A program made the translations under genes and the position numbers. From assembly GCA_030667705.1 (NCBI GenBank), contig DAOUVJ010000003.1, positions 1 through 59,682 of the forward strand: DNA of 59,682 nucleotides, given 5' to 3'. How positions within the stretch are numbered: position 1 is the first letter of the stretch; every line of letters starts with the position of its first letter. This stretch comes from Promethearchaeota archaeon. GTDB taxonomy: Archaea; Asgardarchaeota; Lokiarchaeia; Sigyniarchaeales; SOKP01. A model generated the notes under the pieces. It made no database searches. It saw only the letters and a program-made list of their open reading frames with translations, and was not told the DNA's origin. Of the stretch, positions 39,280-48,980 are shown piece by piece.

Positions 39280-40071
39280 TCACTTGCCTATAAACTCTGG
39301 TTCTTTTTTGTCGTTAATAGCAAACACTCCAATTTTAAAATCTTGTGTTTCTGCAGATTTGATCTGCATTTGTCGTTCGTTTTCAAGATGATTTATTAGA
39401 GGTTCGCTTAAAGCATCAAAAAATAATTTTTTTGTGCGTGCGTATGTTAGCGTAGGACCACTAGCAAGTTTAGATGCCATCTCATTAGCTCTATCTATTA
39501 ATCTTTCGGGGTCAACAATTTCATTAACTAATCCTAGTTTAAACATATCGTCTGCTGTATATGTATCTCCAAAAAACGCCATCTGAGATGCTTGTTGCCA
39601 CGTTAACTGGCGGCTAAGTAGTATGGTTCCAGCAAATCCTGGAATTAACGCAAGTTTGCTAAATGATTGTCTGAATTTCGCGAATTTTGATGCTATGACT
39701 AAATCACAAGAGAGTGCAAGATTCATTCCTGCACCCACGGCCCATCCATTTACAGCTGCTATAACGGGTTTTGGATATTGGCGCAATATAAGTGCGATTT
39801 TATATAGATTCTTTAATAAATCATCCATGAATTCACCTGGTCTCCCCATTTCAATACTTTCCTTAAAAGCTTTAATGTCTCCACCTGCAGAAAAAGCTTT
39901 ACCAGAGCCCGTGATAATTAAGCATCTTACTTCCTCTTTATTCCGAAGCTGTTCTAAAACTTTAAGTAACTCTTTAGCTATCTCTTGATTTAAAGGATTG
40001 TAATTTTCTTGATCATTAAGAACAATTCTGGCAACTTTTTCATTTATTTCAAATTTTACTTTACTTTCCAT
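39280..40071 (-). CDS. Enoyl-CoA hydratase/isomerase (PaaG-like)
   Basis: AFSAGGDI, PVIAAVNGWAVGAGMNLALSCD. Confidence 0.9.
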   Translation of the reverse strand: MESKVKFEINEKVARIVLNDQENYNPLNQEIAKELLKVLEQLRNKEEVRCLIITGSGKAFSAGGDIKAFKESIEMGRPGEFMDDLLKNLYKIALILRQYPKPVIAAVNGWAVGAGMNLALSCDLVIASKFAKFRQSFSKLALIPGFAGTILLSRQLTWQQASQMAFFGDTYTADDMFKLGLVNEIVDPERLIDRANEMASKLASGPTLTYARTKKLFFDALSEPLINHLENERQMQIKSAETQDFKIGVFAINDKKEPEFIGK

Positions 40072-40083
40072 TTAATTTCACCT

Positions 40084-41301
40084 TTATTTACCCCACATTC
40101 GAACCATTTCTCTTGTAATGAGATATCTCATGATTTCTGATGTACCTGCTGATATTTGTCCAATTTTTGAATCTCTATAATATCGTTCTAAGGGGTATTC
40201 TTCTGAATATCCCAAACCACCAACAACTTGAATCGCTTCTTGCGTGATTCGTACAGTAGCGTCTGCTATTCGAGCTTTAACAGCAGCAACGGAAGCTCTA
40301 CAGTTATGTCCCTCATCAAGCATTCTAGCGATTTGAGCTATTGCCATTCTATTAAGCTCTGTATCCATAAACATTTCGCTAAGTTTAAAAGAGATACCTT
40401 CAAAGGAATAAAGAGGTTTCTTGAATTGGACGCGTTTATGAGCGTACTTGTAAGCAATTTCAAAAGCACTTCGAGCAAGACCAAGGTATTGAGAAGCGGT
40501 AAATGTTCTCTCACCATCAAGACCGAATAACAAAACATCCAAACCTTCGTTCTCTTTATGAAGTATATTTTCAGCTGGCACTTTACAGTCTACAAATCGA
40601 AGATGAGAATTGGGCATCCCTCTACGTCCCATATGCTTATATTCCTTAATAACTTCAAATCCCGGAGTATCAGTTTCGAAAATAAATGCCGAAATCCCTT
40701 GATGTGCTTTCACTTGATCGTTTGTTTTAGTGTATAAACAAATATAATCAGCAACGCTACCATTTGTTATGAAGCATTTTTCTCCATTAAGAACATAGTG
40801 ATCACCTTCTCTCACTGCCTTTAATCTCATACCACCTATCGCATCCGACCCTCCTGTAGGTTCAGTGATGCCTATAGCACCTAATTTTGACCCATCAGCT
40901 ATACCTGATAAGTATTTCATTTTCTGGTCTTGAGTTCCAAACTCTATTACTGGACCAGCAAAAAGGCATGATGAAGCTCCAAAGATACCTGCTAAGGCAT
41001 AACTAAAAGCAGTTAATTCTTCCCCTAAAATCGTGCGATAAAGAACCCCTTTACCTTGACCTCCGGCTTCTTTTGGAATGGTCATATCAAGATAAGGCAT
41101 TTTCTTTAAAATCTCTACCGCTAATTTAATATCCCTATTTCTATCTATCTGTTCTGCATCTGGAGCTACGTGTATTTCACACCATTCACGAACTTCCATT
41201 CTAAAATCGTTTTCTTCTTTAGAATAATAACGTAACCGGTTTGGCATACAAGTATATCCAAACTTTAATTCCAAGTCTTCAAAATTTATATGTCCCGACA
41301 T
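40084..41301 (-). CDS. Acyl-CoA dehydrogenase
   Basis: ITEPTGGSD, LNGEKCFITNG, RVQFKKP, QVVGGLGY, ERYYRD, GTSEI. Confidence 0.93.
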   Translation of the reverse strand: MSGHINFEDLELKFGYTCMPNRLRYYSKEENDFRMEVREWCEIHVAPDAEQIDRNRDIKLAVEILKKMPYLDMTIPKEAGGQGKGVLYRTILGEELTAFSYALAGIFGASSCLFAGPVIEFGTQDQKMKYLSGIADGSKLGAIGITEPTGGSDAIGGMRLKAVREGDHYVLNGEKCFITNGSVADYICLYTKTNDQVKAHQGISAFIFETDTPGFEVIKEYKHMGRRGMPNSHLRFVDCKVPAENILHKENEGLDVLLFGLDGERTFTASQYLGLARSAFEIAYKYAHKRVQFKKPLYSFEGISFKLSEMFMDTELNRMAIAQIARMLDEGHNCRASVAAVKARIADATVRITQEAIQVVGGLGYSEEYPLERYYRDSKIGQISAGTSEIMRYLITREMVRMWGK

Positions 41302-41414
41302 AATTCAATAATTATATATCTAACATAACTTTTTAATTTCGTTAATTATTATACACTTTACAAATTTACTTCAGAATAATCATAAAAGATTTAAAAATTA
41401 CTTACTTAGTTTGG

Positions 41415-41471
41415 ATTAATTGAAATAGCAAGACTAGTATTCAATTAATTTGAATCTGTTAAAAACAGATT
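41415..41471. promoter_or_regulatory. Two adjacent perfect inverted repeats in a divergent promoter region
   Basis: ATTAATTGAA-N15-TTCAATTAAT (41415-41449) and AATCTGTT-AAA-AACAGATT (41453-41471). Confidence 0.4.
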
Positions 41472-41514
41472 TAATGAAAAATCAAAAATAAGAATAAGAA
41501 AAAAGTGATTATTA

Positions 41515-42564
41515 ATGCCCATAGTTGATAAATCAAAATTAAAACGACCTGAAATTCTTGAAAATTTTGAATTTCGCCAAAATATCAATAATCAAGTCGT
41601 TGAAGCTTTTTTTAATAATGTAGTTTATACAATGGATGATTACAAACCGATTTGGAAAAAAGTAGGAGAATTAAATGAACGTTGGCTTAACGGAGAAAAC
41701 GTGACAAATATGCTATCCTTGAAAGAGAAGTTACTTTTAACAGAACATCTTAGATTTTATATGGAATATAGAGCAGATTATATGGAAAAGCTATCTCCAA
41801 TTCCAAAAGATGCAGTAAGAAAACCAGTTAAGGCCAATAATGTACCGTGCGAATGGTTTTTCCACGTTGGAGCAAGAGAAGATCAAGTTATCTTATTCAT
41901 TCATGGTGGAGGTCATATTATGGGGTCTTCCAATAGTCATAAGTTACTTACATTTAAATTAGCAAGAATAACTAATATGAAGGTTTTAAGTATAAACTAT
42001 CGTCTTGCTCCAGAGGAACCTCATCCGGCAGCCTTAGAAGATTGTGTTTCGGTTTACAAATGGCTTCTTTCCTCTAAATTTCAATCTAAAAACATTATCA
42101 TTGCTGGAGACTCTGCAGGAGGTTATTACACGCTTCTAACTCTGCTCAAACTACGAGATGAAGGAATTTCGTTACCTGCAGGAGCAATATGTTTTTCACC
42201 TTCCACAGATATGGCGCAAACGGGTGAGTCAATAAAAAAAAATTGTTATACTGATATTGTTTTAGGAGATTTAGGGTATATCTGGTGGATTGAATCTCAT
42301 TTAGCTGGCAAGGATCCTTTTGATCCATCAATTTCTCCTCTTTATGCTGATTTAAAAAGCTTACCTCCCATTTTGCTTCAAGTAAGCACAAGCGAAATGC
42401 TGTTTGATGATTCCAAAAGATTTTATGAAATGGCTAAGAAAGCAGGGGTTGATATTTCAATGCAAACATGGGACGACACCATACATGTATTTCAAAATAC
42501 CGATTTACCTGAAGCAGAGGAAGCAATGGAAAAGATTAAAAAATTCACAGAAAAATTTTTGTGA
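41515..42564 (+). CDS. Alpha/beta hydrolase, HSL-family esterase/lipase
   Basis: HGGG, YRLAPE, GDSAGG, HVFQ. Confidence 0.92.
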   Translation: MPIVDKSKLKRPEILENFEFRQNINNQVVEAFFNNVVYTMDDYKPIWKKVGELNERWLNGENVTNMLSLKEKLLLTEHLRFYMEYRADYMEKLSPIPKDAVRKPVKANNVPCEWFFHVGAREDQVILFIHGGGHIMGSSNSHKLLTFKLARITNMKVLSINYRLAPEEPHPAALEDCVSVYKWLLSSKFQSKNIIIAGDSAGGYYTLLTLLKLRDEGISLPAGAICFSPSTDMAQTGESIKKNCYTDIVLGDLGYIWWIESHLAGKDPFDPSISPLYADLKSLPPILLQVSTSEMLFDDSKRFYEMAKKAGVDISMQTWDDTIHVFQNTDLPEAEEAMEKIKKFTEKFL

Positions 42565-42593
42565 ATCAGCTATATTTTTAATAAAACAATGGA

Positions 42594-43430
42594 TTATTTA
42601 TCCATATAAACGGTCCATTCTGGTTTTAATATGAAATATTGATCAATTGCATCTTTCATGGTTTTTCGACAAACTTGGATTTCTCTGAGGGTAGGTGGTT
42701 CAACTTCTTTCACTTCCTTAGCAACTATTAGATCCCAATCAGTCTTTTCTTTTACCTGTTCTATTGTCACATTTGGGTGTAGAGCGTCTAAATACGCTTC
42801 TTTTGTAATGGAATCAAATCGCATTATGCAAAGAGGTGAAATAATGGCTTCTGGACCGGTATCAGGAGGATATCCTGCTTTAACTCGACTATCATAACCT
42901 TCTAGATATCCTGGATCAGTGATAAAATCCAATTTTTTAACAAATCTGCGTTTTGAATGATCATCTACAAGATAAATCACTCTTTTTGATAAACCTGCGA
43001 TTTCTGTAGCTCCACCACCTCCTGGTAATCGATAAATTGGCTTTTGATAAGGTCCAATTACAGTAGTATTGCAGTTTCCATATATATCAATACTAGAAGT
43101 ACTTAATAGTGCCAGAGTGATTTCACCTCGTTGAAGAACTGATAATGCATCTATAGAATCTCCGATAAACAATGAATTGGGAATTAAAACAGGATCACTA
43201 ATTGAATATGGCATCTTAATTGGTTTTGGAAGCTCATCTTGTGTCAAACCAACTTCTAAAACCGTGAATAGATTGGGTGCATGAAGCAGTTTTGCCATGT
43301 GAACCGCAAGAAAGGGCCAATGAAAAGCGTTAAATACGAGATCATCATCCTTAATTTGTCTACATGCTGAGACTAACATCATTTCAAAATCAGTGTATTC
43401 TTCACAAAATTCTTTTTTATTAATAACCAT
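42594..43430 (-). CDS. Family I CoA-transferase beta subunit (glutaconate CoA-transferase GctB-like)
   Basis: LEVG (candidate catalytic Glu), IDIYGNCNTT, RLPGGGGA, LDFITDPG. Confidence 0.85.
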   Translation of the reverse strand: MVINKKEFCEEYTDFEMMLVSACRQIKDDDLVFNAFHWPFLAVHMAKLLHAPNLFTVLEVGLTQDELPKPIKMPYSISDPVLIPNSLFIGDSIDALSVLQRGEITLALLSTSSIDIYGNCNTTVIGPYQKPIYRLPGGGGATEIAGLSKRVIYLVDDHSKRRFVKKLDFITDPGYLEGYDSRVKAGYPPDTGPEAIISPLCIMRFDSITKEAYLDALHPNVTIEQVKEKTDWDLIVAKEVKEVEPPTLREIQVCRKTMKDAIDQYFILKPEWTVYMDK

Positions 43431-44349
43431 AGTTAACTGCTCCTTGGATAATGTTTTTCGCTTTCAATTTTTTTATATTATCATTTCCGAGTACTTTCAA
43501 ATATTCTTGTCGATTATTTACACCTGTAACCCATTTTTCAAGCCAATTCTCCCAGTCTTCGATTGTTTTTGTATCTTTTGAGTAATCAAATCTATATGCT
43601 AAATCTTGATAATAATGACCCTGCATATAACCAGGATGTGCACCCCAAGGTTCATGTATAACGGCATCCACTTTATTAGCTGTTACTATTGTTCGTTCGG
43701 GAGACTCCATAATAACTTTTTTATCAACGATTTCCTCGGCAGCTACAATTACTTTTTTACATGAATTAATTCCAAATTTAGTGTCTCCAATTAAACCCCA
43801 CATTTGAGCATTGCCATCTCTATCCGCTCGCTGTACTTGGATAAAACCGACATCAGGTGTTATAGCTGGTACAACACAAATCTCTTCTCCTGTAAATGGG
43901 CATTTTACCTTCGCTGCTTTTAAACCAACATTTTTTGGGTGATCATAGATATTAGTGCCTACAATTGAACGAAGTGGCATAAATGGAACTCCCATGTAGC
44001 CCGCGAAAAATGACATGTTAATCATGAAGAGAGATTGTTCATTATAGATGATCTTTTGAGGTATCCCTTTTTCCATAGCACGTTTAAGATTCCAAGCTGG
44101 TTGTGGACCGGTTGGATTCCAGCAATGAGAAGTTATTATATGGTCCGTAACTCCTGCTCCTATTAATTGGTCAAAGAGGAGCCCCCCGCTGCATTTACAT
44201 ATTTTTAAATTCTGTAAATTTTGTCTAATTATTTCATGAGCTGCAGAGAATGTAATTCCATTTCCAAATCCTCCTAAAAATACTAAATTTCCATCTTGAA
44301 CATGCTTTTTAACTGCTTCTTCCATTGATATTAACTTATCAGAGATTAT
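43420..44349 (-). CDS. Family I CoA-transferase alpha subunit (GctA-like); ATG-called start 44325, probable ATA start 44349
   Basis: DQLIGAG, GVPFMP, CPFTGE, QRADRDGN, AEEIV, EPWGAHP. It overlaps the beta subunit by 11 nt. Confidence 0.88.
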   Translation of the reverse strand: MISDKLISMEEAVKKHVQDGNLVFLGGFGNGITFSAAHEIIRQNLQNLKICKCSGGLLFDQLIGAGVTDHIITSHCWNPTGPQPAWNLKRAMEKGIPQKIIYNEQSLFMINMSFFAGYMGVPFMPLRSIVGTNIYDHPKNVGLKAAKVKCPFTGEEICVVPAITPDVGFIQVQRADRDGNAQMWGLIGDTKFGINSCKKVIVAAEEIVDKKVIMESPERTIVTANKVDAVIHEPWGAHPGYMQGHYYQDLAYRFDYSKDTKTIEDWENWLEKWVTGVNNRQEYLKVLGNDNIKKLKAKNIIQGAVNYGY

Positions 44350-44393
44350 ATTTTCACCTTTTTATAAAATTGATAAAGAAAACATGTAAGACT

Positions 44394-44696
44394 TTATTTT
44401 CTATAACTTTTTTTTACGAGTTCGTCAATATCTTTAAGATCAGCTAATTTTGGATGAAAAGTATAGTTTGGAATATTCATAGAATCATCCACTATAGCCT
44501 TTAGATCACTCTCAGATACATCTTTATCTTCTAAACTTATCCACAAACCAATTTTTTTTATGAAGTCATCCATTTCATCGCAAGCTCTTTCTGCTGCAAC
44601 CTCATCAGATTGATTTTTTAATTCTGTATTAAATAATCTCCCAACTGTAGCATATTTAGATATAGCACTTTCCCAAGTCCACCGATTAATTTCAGG
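44394..44696 (-). pseudogene. C-terminal remnant of an iron-containing alcohol dehydrogenase
   Basis: PEINRWTWESAISKYATVGRL...MDDFIKKIGLWISLEDKDVSESDLKAIVDDS...HPKLADLKDIDELVKKSY resembles the Fe-ADH helical C-terminus. The upstream part of the called ORF is only overlap with the neighbouring gene. Confidence 0.6.
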
Positions 44697-45687
44697 ATTG
44701 GAGCATCTCATCCAGAAATAAATCAGGTTTAATGTTGTTGAAATCATTCCACCATGTATTTTTCTTCTTGAAATCATCATTATAATCTTTCGAGTCAATT
44801 ATAGTTATAACATTTTCTTCAATCAAGATTGAGGGATTTAAAAGTTTTTTTTCATTTTCTTCTAAGTATTTTAAATTCAGTAGCATGCATTCTTGCAAAT
44901 CATCATAGAACAATAAAGGGATGTATTTTTTTTCTTGTTTCTCTATTTCATCTTTAGTAGTTGTATCTTTAGACCAATTACTGATGGAATAATCAAATAT
45001 TTCAATATCAACTAATTCTGGATGAATCTGCTTCTCTGATACTTTTTTGAGTTTTTTATAGTATGTATAGACTTTTTTTTTATACAATTTTACAGTAGAT
45101 TCCTCCCCATCCATCTCCACTAAAATCCGGTTTTGTTCCATTCTTTTCTTACAAATATCTTCTAAAATCTGGCAATATTGAATTGCAGCACTCACGAGAT
45201 CATCCCCTTCAACATGACTTTTAACCATTGTATGCAAGTATGCTCTTAAAAAAGCAGAGAAATCTTCTTCGAGTCTATAAAGATTTCCATATATAGATCT
45301 CGTTGCTTCCCACCACGATATCACATCTTTACTAGATAAAGATTTAAAAAATTTTTGAGAAGAACGTATTTCAGAGAAATATATTAAATTTTTAACTCCG
45401 TTATGAAGAAAATGATAAGGGTTAATAACCGCAAGTTGTTCCTCTGAAATTTGAAAGGAAGTGACTTCCCTAGGACGAATAATCACTGATTTTTCACCAT
45501 TAGATACGCGATCGACACGCATAGGAATTGGAACTATTGGATTTCTTTCGATTGTTTTTATAAGAGAAGATATATACGGACCGTTATATAGAGAAGTATC
45601 AAAAGGAAAAATCTCAATGTAAAAGAAAAACGGAGCGGCATCAGATTTATATGATGCAAATTTGTATTGAGTTTTTTTATTGAACAA
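44692..45687 (-). CDS. Hypothetical soluble protein, no recognisable family
   Basis: 331-aa ORF with TTG start, 18 nt downstream of the co-oriented CPBP-like gene. Confidence 0.75.
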   Translation of the reverse strand: MFNKKTQYKFASYKSDAAPFFFYIEIFPFDTSLYNGPYISSLIKTIERNPIVPIPMRVDRVSNGEKSVIIRPREVTSFQISEEQLAVINPYHFLHNGVKNLIYFSEIRSSQKFFKSLSSKDVISWWEATRSIYGNLYRLEEDFSAFLRAYLHTMVKSHVEGDDLVSAAIQYCQILEDICKKRMEQNRILVEMDGEESTVKLYKKKVYTYYKKLKKVSEKQIHPELVDIEIFDYSISNWSKDTTTKDEIEKQEKKYIPLLFYDDLQECMLLNLKYLEENEKKLLNPSILIEENVITIIDSKDYNDDFKKKNTWWNDFNNIKPDLFLDEMLQS

Positions 45688-45705
45688 TTATATCACGCTA
45701 TTTTT

Positions 45706-46770
45706 TTAAACACTAATTAAAATACCAAAAAGATACAATAAGAATGCAAGAAAGATATCAAAAAGGATGCGGAATACCTTATCACCTGATGATACTTCTA
45801 ACTTTTCATCATTTTTAAAATAAGATTTTATCATCCTTTTTCCTATTTGTAAACTTTCCTTAACTCTAGAGCGCTGTACTATCAAGATAATTAAACTAAT
45901 TATCAATAATGGGCAATATATAAAAATTAAGAGTTGAGTAAAATTACCCCCTCTCAAATATTCCCAAATAATCACGCTCGATATAATAGAATCAAATGTT
46001 TTTGCAATTATCAAAGGTAATAACCATTTTCTTCTTATTATTGTCATTGATAATATTAGACCTATTACGAAAGACTTAATAAACCAAATAATTCCATAGT
46101 AGCTAACCGTAAGAATTAAGGGATTTAAAAATAATTCCATAAAAGCAAAGAAAAAAGTTGATATCATTACAGCTGAAATCTTGCTAAAATGTTCGCTCCC
46201 TCTTTTTGTTATTAAACCTCTAAAAATAGTTTCTTCCGAAAATGACAAAGAAAATTGAATAACAACTGAAAAGAATAAAAATTGAGCAAAATTGTCTAAT
46301 AACAGAAATGTGTTTTCTTTTTTAAAAACTAATGAAAAAGCACGAGCTGGTATCATATTTGGTAAAGAAATTGAAATTAAAAATTCTAAAGGGATTAATA
46401 TTAAGAAAAACAATAAAAAACCATAAAGGAGTTGATAAGTATAGTTTTTCCTCGTCATACTGTAAAGCCTTAAATAACCTATATGAAGCGGTAATTCTTT
46501 TTCAACCTTCTGTGAGTTTTTTGTTGATATTTTGTTCAATATGATTAGAAATAATATTATAACTAAAACTAACACTAATGCCCGAATAAGATAAAATAAC
46601 ATTCCGTATAGCGCTGTAGATTGATTTACTATAAGTGGTAATAAATTCCATTCTAGGATTAAAATTATAAAAATTATTGAGAATATTGGAACGATTTCAT
46701 AAAATAGAAATTTCAACCGTTTTAAAGCTATTTTTTTTCGATTAATCGATATTATTCTACCCATAAACAT
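45706..46770 (-). CDS. CPBP/Abi (CAAX protease type II)-like membrane protein, catalytic motifs degenerate
   Basis: SEETIFRG (motif 1) and multiple TMs. The His motifs appear replaced (FFFAFME, IIAKTFD). Confidence 0.7.
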   Translation of the reverse strand: MFMGRIISINRKKIALKRLKFLFYEIVPIFSIIFIILILEWNLLPLIVNQSTALYGMLFYLIRALVLVLVIILFLIILNKISTKNSQKVEKELPLHIGYLRLYSMTRKNYTYQLLYGFLLFFLILIPLEFLISISLPNMIPARAFSLVFKKENTFLLLDNFAQFLFFSVVIQFSLSFSEETIFRGLITKRGSEHFSKISAVMISTFFFAFMELFLNPLILTVSYYGIIWFIKSFVIGLILSMTIIRRKWLLPLIIAKTFDSIISSVIIWEYLRGGNFTQLLIFIYCPLLIISLIILIVQRSRVKESLQIGKRMIKSYFKNDEKLEVSSGDKVFRILFDIFLAFLLYLFGILISV

Positions 46771-46860
46771 CCATTTTTAAAGCAAAAATTAACCATCAAT
46801 AAATATTCTTTAAAGAATGTTTTAATCCTTTTTAAGTTCAATTTTTTCGGATTAACAATA

Positions 46861-48522
46861 TTAATTCTTAGTATATTGACCTCCATATTCTATTCTTATC
46901 CGTTTTTTATCGAGTTTCCCTACGCTTGTTCTAGGGATTTTATCAACAAATATTATAGCATCAGGTATTTGCCACTTCGCAAATGATTTCGCAAGGTGTT
47001 TACGTATTTCTTCTTTAGATGTAAGTTTATTTTCTTCACGCAAAACTACCAAAGCTAAAGGTCGTTCATCCCATTTGGGGTGAAAAATTCCAACAACAGC
47101 TGCTTCAAGAATATTAGAATGTGACATTAAAGAATTTTCCATATCTATTGAACTAATCCATTCCCCGCCACTTTTAATTACATCTTTTATTCTATCAGTT
47201 ATTTTAAGATATCCTTCAGAATCAAGACATCCTGCGTCACCTGTCTTAAAATAACCTCTCTCTGTGAAACTATCTACAGTTTGTGGTGCATTGAAATAAT
47301 TTTCTGTTATCCAAGGCCCTTTTAATAGAATCTCACCAGACGATTTTCCATCGTGAGGGAGTTCTTTTCCATTTTTATCTACAATCTTAATCTCTAATCC
47401 TGAAACAATAATACCTTGCTTTTTCTTTAGATTCCAGAGTTCTTCTTCAGATAATTCTGTTTCAAGCCACGGTTTAAAAATGTTTAATGTTGTAATTGCC
47501 ATTGCTTCTGTAGAACCATAAGAATGAATTATCTCTGCTCCTGTTTCGTCCCAAAATCCACGCATCAATGCAATTGGGGGTTCTGAACCACCACAAATTA
47601 AACGAGCACCTGTTAGGTCTGGTTTTTGTTCCATCTTTCTAATAAATTCTAGCATTGCCATGAATACTGCTGGAACAGCAGCTGATGCAGTAACTTTCTC
47701 TTGAACAAAGATATTTGTAAGTTCTTCAAGATCGTTTAAATTCCATTTGCCGGAGAAAATTAATTTTGCGCCTACATAAGTTGCAGCCTGAGGTTTAGAC
47801 CATCCGAGAACATGGAACATTGGCACTAATTGAAAAATTATATCATTTACACTCATCGAAAAATGAGTTGCAAACATTATCGCTTGTAAATATACATTGC
47901 GATGAGAATAATAAACACCCTTGGGTTTACCCGTAGTTCCTGTCGTATAACAAGCCGCATATGCTGAATTTTCATCTAAATTCAGCCATTCATAATTAGG
48001 TAATGCTTCCATCAAAAGATCTTCATAAGAATATATAGGTTTAAGAATTGTTTCTACTTCGTTAAGAGGTTTGTGTGTGATAATTATATAGCCTAATAAT
48101 CCTTTGCATAAAGGGATAACAGATTCAACCACTTGAATCAGATCTTCGTCAATGATAAGATATTTTATTCCAGAATGATTTATTACATGTGCTAAATCTT
48201 GTGGAGCAAGTCTTAAATTTAAAGACACCATTACGGCACCCATCCCGGGCAATCCAAAATATATCTCAAAATGCTGATAAGTATTCCATGCAATTACACC
48301 TATCCGATCTCCGACTTTAATTCCGATAGATTCTAATGAATTTGCTAATCGTTGCATTCTCTCATAAGCATCTGAATATGTATATCGAAATAGAGTTCCA
48401 TCAAGATTTCTGCTCGCTATTTCCTGTCTGCTATAATTCCTAATAGCATGTTTCATAAGATCTATTACGTTAAGCTGATAATTGCTGTTTGAATTCGCTT
48501 GAAAACCTTTTACAATTTTCAT
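46861..48522 (-). CDS. Medium-chain acyl-CoA ligase (AlkK/DmdB-like)
   Basis: CYTTGTTGKPKGVYYSHR, VPMFHV, YGSTE, KTGD, DRIKDVIKSGGEWISS, HPKWDERP. Confidence 0.92.
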   Translation of the reverse strand: MKIVKGFQANSNSNYQLNVIDLMKHAIRNYSRQEIASRNLDGTLFRYTYSDAYERMQRLANSLESIGIKVGDRIGVIAWNTYQHFEIYFGLPGMGAVMVSLNLRLAPQDLAHVINHSGIKYLIIDEDLIQVVESVIPLCKGLLGYIIITHKPLNEVETILKPIYSYEDLLMEALPNYEWLNLDENSAYAACYTTGTTGKPKGVYYSHRNVYLQAIMFATHFSMSVNDIIFQLVPMFHVLGWSKPQAATYVGAKLIFSGKWNLNDLEELTNIFVQEKVTASAAVPAVFMAMLEFIRKMEQKPDLTGARLICGGSEPPIALMRGFWDETGAEIIHSYGSTEAMAITTLNIFKPWLETELSEEELWNLKKKQGIIVSGLEIKIVDKNGKELPHDGKSSGEILLKGPWITENYFNAPQTVDSFTERGYFKTGDAGCLDSEGYLKITDRIKDVIKSGGEWISSIDMENSLMSHSNILEAAVVGIFHPKWDERPLALVVLREENKLTSKEEIRKHLAKSFAKWQIPDAIIFVDKIPRTSVGKLDKKRIRIEYGGQYTKN

Positions 48523-48553
48523 AAAAAATCCTCTTTTTAATAGTATAATGTTT

Positions 48554-48958
48554 TTAATCTAAGAAATCTTGAATTTGGTTATCCCAGATTTTACTATTGG
48601 TAACATTCTTTTCCCATTCATTCCTTATTTCATTCTTAAGATATTCTGTACTTGGACCTATTGGTAAATTTTCTAAAAATCCAATATATCTAGGGACATG
48701 ATAATAAGCAAGGTTACGATATAAAAAGTCACTTAATTTTTTTGGTGTAAGGGAAGAATTTTTCACTTTTAATTCACTTTGATATTATACGGCGTATAAT
48801 ATCACTTCAGTTTTAGGTCTTGAATTCACATTTCTTGAATCATTTATGAGGGAAATACATATACTTGAATGAATTGAAGGATGCGAATTAACCATGCGTT
48901 CAATTTCTTTTAAATAGATTTTTTCTCCAGCTATATTAAGAATCTCATTTTTTTTACC
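48554..48958 (-). pseudogene. C-terminal domain remnant of an acyl-CoA ligase (CaiC-like) with internal TAA
   Basis: GKKNEILNIAGEKIYLKEIERMVKSHPSI...YAV*...LAYYHVPRYIGFLENLP in one frame, with the stop at 48785-48787. Confidence 0.65.
48780..48804. repeat. Perfect 11-bp inverted repeat with 3-nt spacer
   Basis: TGATATTATAC-GGC-GTATAATATCA. Confidence 0.8.
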
Positions 48959-48980
48959 AAAAAAAAAAAACGAAAAAAAA

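Noticed and set aside
44697-44798. N-terminal part of the called 134-aa ORF 44394..44798
   Set aside because: It is an alternative-frame overlap with the end of 44692..45687. Only the part from 44696 downward looks like real remnant coding sequence.
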